NCBI GenBank assembly: GCA_963677925.2
Contig: CAXXYH010000002.1
Coordinates: forward strand, 1 to 19,955
Direction of reading: 5' to 3'
Length of the DNA stretch: 19,955 nucleotides
Source: Spirochaetia bacterium
GTDB lineage: Bacteria; Spirochaetota; Spirochaetia; UBA9216
Part shown: piece by piece, positions 9,188-16,664 of the stretch
How the letters are laid out: each line of letters starts with the position of its first letter
Position numbering within the stretch: position 1 is the stretch's first letter
The notes under the pieces: generated by a model
Told to the model about the DNA's origin: nothing
The model's input: the letters and a program-made list of their open reading frames with translations, nothing else
Databases searched by the model: none
Position numbers and translations under genes: made by a program

Positions 9188-10223
9188 ATGTTTCATATTC
9201 GATTTGAAATTCATTGTCCGACGTCCTGAAAATTTCCTTGAGTTTATTGAAGTACAGTTCCTTTTCGAGTCTTGTAACAACATCAAAACCGTAATGTTTG
9301 TTTTTATAACCTTTAAGCTGCTTTTTCTTTTTGTAATCAGTCAGAAAATCTATGTGGGAAGTAATTCTCTGTTCAATAACAGAATTTCCTTCAGTTTTAA
9401 AATTTTCCGGTGAGTCAAAGAAAAGTTCACCTATATCATGATCAATTTCCACACCGATACTGTTTCTACATGTAAATGCAGCTGCTTTCATAGTTGTCCC
9501 TGTTCCGGCGAAGGGGTCAAAAACAATGTCATTTTTTACTGAAAGCATATTGATAAGTCTGAATGGAACTTCGAAAGGAAACGCTGCACTTCTCTCTCTT
9601 GCAGAGCCTGCAACGATTTTCTGCCTTATTCCCTTAAACTGCCAAAGATCAGAATACCATTGATTTCGTTCTTCCCAGAAAATAGAACTTTCCCTTCTTT
9701 GTTTTTTTTCTGAATCCGATATAAAGTTTCTTTTTCCAGGTTTTTTCATTATAAGTATATACTCATGTTCCAGTGTCACATAGGCTCCAGCGGGCAGTGT
9801 GCCGGATCCCATAAATTTGGTAGGTGAATTAGTTGTTTTACGCCAGATTATCAGCGGGAGAATTTCAAAGCCTATTTTATGACAGCATTCAATAATTCTG
9901 GAATGATTACTGAACATTCTGAAGCCTTCAACGGATTTTCTTGCCGCGTCTCCAATATTGATACATGCAAAGCCTCCGGGTTTAAGGATACGGAATGTCT
10001 CAAGCCATGTTTTATCAAGTTCATGATGCATCATATCAAAAGCATTGGAAGGGGTATTAAAGGAATCTTCATTAATCCTGGGATTGAGGATTGAAAACAA
10101 TGAATCCCACATTGGGATCATTGGATAAGGCGGTGATGTAACCACAAGATCTACCGTGTTATCCGATACTAAAGATTGTAAATTACGGGAATCGCTGAAT
10201 ATGATTTTATGCGAAGTTTTCAT
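9177..10223 (-). CDS. Orphan beta-class N4-cytosine DNA methyltransferase, M.MthZI/Zim-like (probable CTAG specificity)
   Basis: Motif IV VVTSPPY precedes motif I FDPFAGTGTT (beta order). Blocks PPYPMIPMWD, KFMGSG..PAGAYVTLEHEYIL, FWEERNQWYSDLW and RERSAAFPFEVPFRLINM match my recollection of CTAG m4C methylases. Confidence 0.9.
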   Translation of the reverse strand: MKTSHKIIFSDSRNLQSLVSDNTVDLVVTSPPYPMIPMWDSLFSILNPRINEDSFNTPSNAFDMMHHELDKTWLETFRILKPGGFACINIGDAARKSVEGFRMFSNHSRIIECCHKIGFEILPLIIWRKTTNSPTKFMGSGTLPAGAYVTLEHEYILIMKKPGKRNFISDSEKKQRRESSIFWEERNQWYSDLWQFKGIRQKIVAGSARERSAAFPFEVPFRLINMLSVKNDIVFDPFAGTGTTMKAAAFTCRNSIGVEIDHDIGELFFDSPENFKTEGNSVIEQRITSHIDFLTDYKKKKQLKGYKNKHYGFDVVTRLEKELYFNKLKEIFRTSDNEFQIEYETYEY

Positions 10224-10729
10224 AAATATTTTTCAAGTATGTAATCAGTCTGCAGTTCCTCTCCCATTCTGAAATTATGTTCACCGCATTTGTTAAAACC
10301 CATTTTAGCATAGAATTCAAGCGCTGCGCTGTTCTTTTCCCAAACACCAAGCCATATTTTAGCACAATTGTTTTCCACTGCAAACGTTTCAGTAAATTCA
10401 ATTATTTTACTGCCAAGGCCTCTGCCTTTATACTCTGAGAGAACATATATACGTTCAAGCTCAAGTGATTCAGGATCATTTATATCTGATTGATAAGGAA
10501 CCATATTCAGTTTGAAATAGGCGGCTATCGACTTTTCAATTTCACAAAAATAAAAAAACGAGCCGGGATTAGCCGCTTCTGCGGCAATTTTATCTTTATT
10601 AAAAGCCTCATCAAGGTAGGCACTCATGGTCTCCGCAGTGTTGAATTTTCTGAAGGTATCGAAGTAGGTATTTCTGCCTATTTCTATAAGAGTTTCAAGT
10701 TCATTTTCAGTACATAATCTGATATTCAT
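10220..10729 (-). CDS. paiA: GNAT N-acetyltransferase, PaiA-like (spermidine/spermine acetyltransferase family)
   Basis: ELERIYV, KGRGLG acetyl-CoA loop, IWLGVWEKN..A..FY...GF and F.MG.E.QTD. It shares an ATGA overlap with the methyltransferase. Confidence 0.8.
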   Translation of the reverse strand: MNIRLCTENELETLIEIGRNTYFDTFRKFNTAETMSAYLDEAFNKDKIAAEAANPGSFFYFCEIEKSIAAYFKLNMVPYQSDINDPESLELERIYVLSEYKGRGLGSKIIEFTETFAVENNCAKIWLGVWEKNSAALEFYAKMGFNKCGEHNFRMGEELQTDYILEKYL

Positions 10730-10788
10730 AGATACATTTTATCAAAGAAATGCTGAAAAAAAATTGTTTTTTTCATATAATCCCAAAT
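10730..10788. promoter_or_regulatory. Compact divergent promoter region with two -10 boxes and a central inverted repeat
   Basis: Minus strand: TGA-TAAAAT (10744-10736), 6 nt before ATG 10729. Plus strand: TATAAT (10776-10781), 7 nt before ATG 10789. Inverted repeat TGAAAAAAA-ATTG-TTTTTTTCA at 10754-10775. Confidence 0.6.
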
Positions 10789-12957
10789 ATGAGACTATAT
10801 AAATCCTACACCGGATTTCTTTCCAAATACGGTAAATTTATCATGATTTTTACAGTATTAATGATGGCATTTTCGCTTGCCGGAATTATCCTTGTAGACA
10901 TAAATACTGATTTTACTGTTTTTATGCCCATGAAATCTGAACAGCTGAAGAAAATACATTTTCTGAATGATATATTCGGCGATTCTGATGAAATACTGAT
11001 ATTAATCAGCTCAGATAACAGCAGGGAAGATCTTGATGATATTAGTTTTATTGCTGATGAATTATCGCTTATATCAGGAATTAACAAGGTTGAACTGCCC
11101 TACAGCAGAGAAATCCTTGATTCTGCTGATTTTGATACTGATACACTGCTTGAAAATCTGAATACGGGAATAGAGCTGAAAAACAGTGACTGGGTAATCT
11201 GCAGGGTATTTTTAGGGCTGCATAATGAATATCCGCCTATAATTAAAAATATTCAGAATACACTGGACGGCTCAGGCCGTGAGTATCTCCTATCCGGAGA
11301 ACCCTATCTTCAGGGCAAAATATTTGATTATATTCTTCGTGTTTTAATTTTTCTTCCTCCCATTGCAATTATTCTTCTTGTAAATGTATTCAGAATCAGG
11401 ATCGGCAGTCTCAGGGCAACCGTACTCAGTATGTCACCCGCAATTATTGCCGGTGTTATGACTCTGGGTATTATGTCCTGGATTGAGGGCAGTATTTCAA
11501 TAATGACTGTACTCATTCCAATTTTTATTATAGTTCTGGGAAGTGCAGACGGTCTGCATATCACAAGTCATGTAATGGACAGGCTAGCAGAAGGCCGTTC
11601 AACATTTGCCGCTGTATCGGAAACTCTCGAAGCAGTCGGTGTCCCTATAATAATGACTTCTTTGACGACTATGGCCGGTTTTCTGTCTATGCTTCTCATT
11701 GACAGTGAAGCAATCAGGAGTATGGCTGCAGGTGCTGCATGGGGAATTCTGGCAGCCGGTGCTGCAACCTGGATAATCCTTCCAATCCTTCTGCTTCATC
11801 AGAAACCGCTTGAATCAAGACGTTATAACAGTAAAAACCGGGTACTTGGACTCTTTAAGAAGATACAGGGCGGTAACTCTATAGTTATCACTCTCCTGAT
11901 TATTGCAGTTGCTATTCCTGGTACATTTTTTCTAAAATCTGATTTCTCAATGCTTTCGATGTATAAAAAGAATACAGAAGTGTATCAATCAATTGACAGA
12001 ATAACAGAAATCCTTGGAGGTGCGATACCTGTAACATTGCTTTACGAAGCCCCCTCACCTCTTGATATGAATACTGCCGAAGCAGTTCTTGCTTTTCAGA
12101 AAGAAGTAAATAAAAAAGGTATTGCCGGCAGCAGTCTCTCTCTATTTTCGCTTGTCGAGGGATTTCTATCCTCTACAACACGGATGACTGAAATACCTGA
12201 TGATCCTTTTGTGCAGAGGATGATTTTAAATAGAATAAAAAAATTGAGTCCATCCGGATTAGATAATTTCTATTCAGATGAAGGCTATGGCCGTGCGTTT
12301 TTCTTTCTTCCTGATTTAAGTGACGCTACTTTAAATGGTTTCATTGAAACTGCTGAACAGATAAGTAAGGATTATGGTATTGAACTTCAGCCTGTAAGTA
12401 CAGCCTTTGCAATGAAAGAGCTTAATGACACGATAATGCCGCAGCAGACCGGATCTCTTGTACTTGCGGTGATTCTTGTTATGGTACTGACAACTATTAC
12501 TCAGAGAAGCTTCAAACTGGGAATACTTTCCGGTATTCCTGTTGCAATTACGCTGGCGGGGCTCTTCGGTTTTATGGGTTATTCAGGAATAAGACTGAGT
12601 ATTATATCAAGTATGATGGCAGGACTGACTGTCGGTGTTGGAATTGATTATGCCATTCATTTTGTTTCTTTGTACCGGTTCGAAAAAAAGAAACTTGTTC
12701 AAGGGGAAGCATCCACACTCGCTGTAACCCGAGCTCTTGATTATGTAGCTACACCGGTAATTGCTAATGCAATGGGACTCGCTATAGGTTTTACAGCTAT
12801 GGTTTTCAGTCCTTTTCAAATACATGTGACATTAAGCATTCTGATGTGGGTAACTATGATTCTCAGTTCCTTTTTAAGCCTCAGTCTTCTTCCCACGATA
12901 CTTAAAATAAGCCTAGGGAAAAACGGGGATAAAATAAATGAAAAAATCAACAAGTGA
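10789..12957 (+). CDS. MMPL/RND-family membrane transporter
   Basis: Two repeated modules, each with 1 TM, an extracytoplasmic loop and about 5 TMs; motifs LGSADGLHI and GVGIDYAIHF. The start is placed at MRLYKSY (10789) because the upstream ATG at 10750 lies in the promoter region. Confidence 0.88.
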   Translation: MRLYKSYTGFLSKYGKFIMIFTVLMMAFSLAGIILVDINTDFTVFMPMKSEQLKKIHFLNDIFGDSDEILILISSDNSREDLDDISFIADELSLISGINKVELPYSREILDSADFDTDTLLENLNTGIELKNSDWVICRVFLGLHNEYPPIIKNIQNTLDGSGREYLLSGEPYLQGKIFDYILRVLIFLPPIAIILLVNVFRIRIGSLRATVLSMSPAIIAGVMTLGIMSWIEGSISIMTVLIPIFIIVLGSADGLHITSHVMDRLAEGRSTFAAVSETLEAVGVPIIMTSLTTMAGFLSMLLIDSEAIRSMAAGAAWGILAAGAATWIILPILLLHQKPLESRRYNSKNRVLGLFKKIQGGNSIVITLLIIAVAIPGTFFLKSDFSMLSMYKKNTEVYQSIDRITEILGGAIPVTLLYEAPSPLDMNTAEAVLAFQKEVNKKGIAGSSLSLFSLVEGFLSSTTRMTEIPDDPFVQRMILNRIKKLSPSGLDNFYSDEGYGRAFFFLPDLSDATLNGFIETAEQISKDYGIELQPVSTAFAMKELNDTIMPQQTGSLVLAVILVMVLTTITQRSFKLGILSGIPVAITLAGLFGFMGYSGIRLSIISSMMAGLTVGVGIDYAIHFVSLYRFEKKKLVQGEASTLAVTRALDYVATPVIANAMGLAIGFTAMVFSPFQIHVTLSILMWVTMILSSFLSLSLLPTILKISLGKNGDKINEKINK

Positions 12958-13447
12958 AACAATTAGGATCATTATTACCGGAGGAACCTTTGATAAAGAA
13001 TATGACGCAATAAAGGGAGATCTTACTTTTCAAAACAGTCACCTTCCGGAAATAGTAAAAACTGTGAGACCTACACTTTCGGTTGAACTTGAAGTAAACC
13101 AGCTTATCGACAGTCTTGATATGGCTGAAAGCAACCGTATTTCTATTCTTGATTCCTGTAGAAGAGCAAGGGAAGAAAGAATTATAATTACGCATGGAAC
13201 AGATACAATGGCTGAGACCGCTTCAATTATAGGTTCGGCCCGGCTTGAAAAAACTATTATCCTGACAGGAGCAATGATCCCATATACTGTAGCGGGGTCA
13301 GATGCGGTATTTAACCTGGGCTGCAGTTTTTCCGCAGTTCAGCTGCTGGAGTATGGCGTATATATTGTGATGAACGGAAGAATATTTAATTATGACAATG
13401 TCAGGAAGAACCGTGAGCGGGGATTTTTTGAATCATTGAAAGGCTGA
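12938..13447 (+). CDS. Short single-domain asparaginase-family protein
   Basis: ITGGTFDK (catalytic Thr), IDSLDM, THGTDTM and LTGAMIP motifs. It is only 169 aa and lacks the C-terminal domain. Confidence 0.85.
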   Translation: MKKSTSETIRIIITGGTFDKEYDAIKGDLTFQNSHLPEIVKTVRPTLSVELEVNQLIDSLDMAESNRISILDSCRRAREERIIITHGTDTMAETASIIGSARLEKTIILTGAMIPYTVAGSDAVFNLGCSFSAVQLLEYGVYIVMNGRIFNYDNVRKNRERGFFESLKG

Positions 13448-14185
13448 TTATTTCTTCCACTCATTTCCTGTGCAGTCAATTTTCCAGGTAATTTCCGGTT
13501 TCTGTTCTCTGATAAAACCGGGCAGATAAATCGGAATAAATGCCTGTTCAGATATTTCATCGATGGAGCGGATATAATCATCAAGCCTGTCGGCTCTTGT
13601 CAGATCTGTATCATCACTGTTAGGCATCAGCCATGCAATTACTTCATCATCGTGAAGAATTGCCTTCCAGAGAAAATCAGGAGTTTTGATTCCATGAGAT
13701 TCAATAAAATAATCATTCGACTCATCATCACCCCAGATAACACCTCCGAAAATTGTGAGATAATATTCTTCTCTTAGACATTCAATAATTCTCTCAGTCT
13801 CTCTCCATGTTCCTCTCTGATTAAGATAACTGGCCTGCGGTACGATATCGGTAAGATATTCAGTAGCTGCTGCAGTTTCCCTATATGAATCAAGATGATT
13901 AAGCGGCACCAGATGCCCCAAATCCCATCCTTGATGAATCGAAGCGTATGTTCCAAAATCATTTTGCTGAAATTCAGAATCGAGCCATGGATCCGGTTTA
14001 TAATTTCTTTTATTGTAATTTCCGTTATCAGGGCCTATATTGTACATAAAAAATACAGGCCCCCTTTGTTCCGTATCTATCCAGAGTGTGTAGCCGTTAT
14101 ATGCTCTGATGATTATATCTGCATGAAGAACCGCTGAGACTGAAAATATTATAAGAAATGTGAATATAATTTTACGAAAAACCAT
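13448..14185 (-). CDS. Secreted DNA/RNA non-specific endonuclease (His-Me finger, Serratia NucA type)
   Basis: Signal peptide (..SAVLHA-D), WDLGHLVP (DRGH-like), IVPQ..YLNQRGTW...E, P..LWK and AWLMPN. Confidence 0.88.
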   Translation of the reverse strand: MVFRKIIFTFLIIFSVSAVLHADIIIRAYNGYTLWIDTEQRGPVFFMYNIGPDNGNYNKRNYKPDPWLDSEFQQNDFGTYASIHQGWDLGHLVPLNHLDSYRETAAATEYLTDIVPQASYLNQRGTWRETERIIECLREEYYLTIFGGVIWGDDESNDYFIESHGIKTPDFLWKAILHDDEVIAWLMPNSDDTDLTRADRLDDYIRSIDEISEQAFIPIYLPGFIREQKPEITWKIDCTGNEWKK

Positions 14186-14206
14186 TGATGTAATTTCCTG
14201 TATATT

Positions 14207-16129
14207 TTAACTCTGTTTTTGATGTTCAATCAATACTGATCCGATTGCGGCTAAAGCTGCAATCGCACCTGATATGCCTGTATACATAGTTTTTATCAGT
14301 ATATAATAATTATTACCAATTGTGTCGGTTCCTGATAAGCTGATTCCAAGCCAGAAGAAAAGCATTATGAGACAGCTTGTTATAAATGAAATAACAATTG
14401 AGCGTAATAATATATTCCCGGGCATAATTCTGAAAACCGGACTGTCGGTAAAATCCTTGAGTCGGTGCATGAAAACTTCTTTCCTGACAGAATCGGTAAG
14501 CAGCCAGGCAACAATAAAACCGATTATAAAAGCAGTTATGCCTGAATCGATCAGACCGTCTACAGCCTTAACTGCAGAATGATTAATATAGCTGAAAAAA
14601 GCAATAAGACCGTTTGCAATACTATTAACTATTAAGCTGTAAAATACCTGCTTTTTTAGAAAAGAGCGTCCTGTCTGACGCTTGTCTGAATGCGGACTGT
14701 ATTTTTCACTATTTGCTGTTCTATTGGCAAGCTCTGCAATAATTACAGTGAAAGGTTCTTCTTTCTTAAGACCAGCCAATGGAATTGTAAGGGTTTCGTT
14801 TGAATATTTATAATCACATGTTTTTCCGGTACTTAATTTAACTGAAACGACATCTGCAGGTAGATCTGTAAGTTCTAATGTGACGTCTTTTAAATCAATT
14901 TTTACAAAGAAGTATAGATTATTACCTTTTCCAAGTGCATAGCCCCAGGTTTGATCCTGTATTCCGGTATAATTACTTCCGTAAATAAACTCTCCGTATT
15001 TATTTATCCATGTACCGATATCCTTCAGTCTGTTCACAGCTTCTGATGGAAAACGGCCGAGTTCATCCGGGCCGATATTAAGAAGATAGTTACCTCCCTT
15101 AGCCGATACGGCAACCAGATTTTCAATTAAGGATGATGAAGCTTTCCAGTTTTTTTCAGAAGGATTAAATGCCCATGTACTGCCTATAGTCATACATGTC
15201 TCCCAGGGCTGAAAAAAATCAGGTTCAGGATATGCCTCTCTGTATACAGGCGAAAGCTCCAGTTCCCCCGTTGAGTATTTTTCCATCTGTTTTCTGATAT
15301 AAATATTTATCAGCGGAACCTTAAAAAGAGTATTAACTGTCCTAAAGAAACTATCACCGCCCGGTTCCATTCCGGGAGCCTTTGAAAAACTCTTTGCAGG
15401 AATTCCATCTTTTGGTATAAACTGTTCCGGTGTAAGAAAATCATAGCCATCACCAAGTCTGTCATTTATTAATGTATCCGGGCTGATCTTCCTGATAAGT
15501 TTATGAAAACGCTCCGGCTGATATTTTCCGTGATTTGACAGACCGTCAAACCAGATTACGGAGATTTTTCCGTAATCTGTCAGCAATTTTACTATATGAG
15601 ATTCCATATAATCTAAATAGTCAGCCCATTCTCTTTTTCGTTCAGGCTGTCCCGTCCAGTTAGCAGTTACTGGTTTTGAAGTATCACGGTATCCAGGATG
15701 ATTCATATCAGGCGGAGAATAATAAAAGCCTAGAGGCATATCTGCTCTTCGGCAGGCTTCAGCAAGCTCAAGACATATATCACGGCCGTAAGGAGTATTA
15801 GTAATCTTGTATGAGGTTCCGGGAGCATCAAACATGCAGAAGCCATCGTGGTGTTTTGATGTAAAAATGATGTATTTCATACCAGCGTTTCTGGCGCTTT
15901 GAACCCATTCATCAGGTTTAAATTCAACGGGATTGAATTTTTCAGGAAGTTTAAAATAATCTTCTTCTGCAATATCTGAAGGAACCTTGAACATGGCCTC
16001 AGACATTCTCGGTGCCATTATCGGCCAGGAAGCTTCCACCCCTGCCACAGAGTATGCTCCCCAATGAATGAAGAGTCCGAATCCGGCATCCTTGTACCAT
16101 TGTGTCTTCTGTGACATGCTGTTCTCCAT
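14207..16129 (-). CDS. GH29 alpha-L-fucosidase fused to a C-terminal 4-TM domain
   Basis: FGLFIHWG, AGMKY....KHHDGF, GFYYS, IWFDG (nucleophile Asp), INDR, TPEQ, PWETC and GGNYLLNIGP motifs; the last ~145 aa hold four hydrophobic helices. The real start may be ATG 16117, which has GGAG 6 nt upstream. Confidence 0.9.
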   Translation of the reverse strand: MENSMSQKTQWYKDAGFGLFIHWGAYSVAGVEASWPIMAPRMSEAMFKVPSDIAEEDYFKLPEKFNPVEFKPDEWVQSARNAGMKYIIFTSKHHDGFCMFDAPGTSYKITNTPYGRDICLELAEACRRADMPLGFYYSPPDMNHPGYRDTSKPVTANWTGQPERKREWADYLDYMESHIVKLLTDYGKISVIWFDGLSNHGKYQPERFHKLIRKISPDTLINDRLGDGYDFLTPEQFIPKDGIPAKSFSKAPGMEPGGDSFFRTVNTLFKVPLINIYIRKQMEKYSTGELELSPVYREAYPEPDFFQPWETCMTIGSTWAFNPSEKNWKASSSLIENLVAVSAKGGNYLLNIGPDELGRFPSEAVNRLKDIGTWINKYGEFIYGSNYTGIQDQTWGYALGKGNNLYFFVKIDLKDVTLELTDLPADVVSVKLSTGKTCDYKYSNETLTIPLAGLKKEEPFTVIIAELANRTANSEKYSPHSDKRQTGRSFLKKQVFYSLIVNSIANGLIAFFSYINHSAVKAVDGLIDSGITAFIIGFIVAWLLTDSVRKEVFMHRLKDFTDSPVFRIMPGNILLRSIVISFITSCLIMLFFWLGISLSGTDTIGNNYYILIKTMYTGISGAIAALAAIGSVLIEHQKQS

Positions 16130-16198
16130 TAAAAAATATACACTTATTTTATCATAAAAATGTAAGATCGCTATCTTTATTTAAAGCATACTGTTTCT

Positions 16199-16426
16199 TC
16201 ATAAACCTGTAAGGTTTCTTTTTATAAGATTCCGGCCTAGGTTGAGACTTTCTTTTGCGGCTTCTATTTCGAGAATATAAGAAATTCCATCTTCAGCGTA
16301 AAATCGTTTAGAGATTTTATTTGAACAGCTGTTATTTTTAATAATTACAGAGACAGACCATCTTCCGTTAGAGGTTTGAAGAGGTGCAGCTGTAATGATA
16401 TAGTTATCGTATGTTTCCTGTATCAT
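16199..16426 (-). CDS. Small hypothetical protein (75 aa)
   Basis: It fills an intergenic gap, has a plausible beta-beta-beta-alpha pattern, and has an extended -10 (TGATACAAT) 6 nt upstream of the ATG. Confidence 0.6.
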   Translation of the reverse strand: MIQETYDNYIITAAPLQTSNGRWSVSVIIKNNSCSNKISKRFYAEDGISYILEIEAAKESLNLGRNLIKRNLTGL

Positions 16427-16563
16427 CTGCCTATTGTATCATAGCATTACTTTATATAATCAATATCAACTACAACCTGGGGTATTTTCTTTCCAATGGT
16501 GCTTTCATTTGATAAATTATATCAGCCAAATTAAGATATTACTGATTATCAGCTATTTATTCA

Positions 16564-16591
16564 TTGAACAATAATGTCAGAGTGATAAAAT
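16564..16591 (+). promoter_or_regulatory. Candidate promoter for the Ig-domain lipoprotein
   Basis: TTGAAC (16564-16569), 16-nt spacer, TAAAAT (16586-16591) with a TG extension; AAGGAG SD before ATG 16665. Confidence 0.45.
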
Positions 16592-16664
16592 ATAGATATA
16601 AATCACAAGTATCCTTCTAAAATATAATAGCTGCTGTAAGTGATATATTCCCAAGGAGAAAACA

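Noticed and set aside
9188-9286. Extended N-terminus of the EFR1 ORF
   Set aside because: It would overlap the methylase by more than 100 nt, and the family motif begins at MNIKIAYFSGTG.
10750-10788. MMPL start at 10750
   Set aside because: It lies in the A/T-run promoter region with no SD; ATG 10789 fits the -10 box better.
13445-13450. TGA readthrough (Sec) extending the short asparaginase
   Set aside because: The downstream sequence is the antisense strand of the nuclease gene and shows no asparaginase C-domain or SECIS-like hairpin.
2665-14185. Methylase plus Mrr-like domain plus endonuclease as one restriction-modification or defence system
   Set aside because: The genes are kilobases apart in different operons. 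The Mrr-like domain lacks catalytic residues and the nuclease is a secreted non-specific type.
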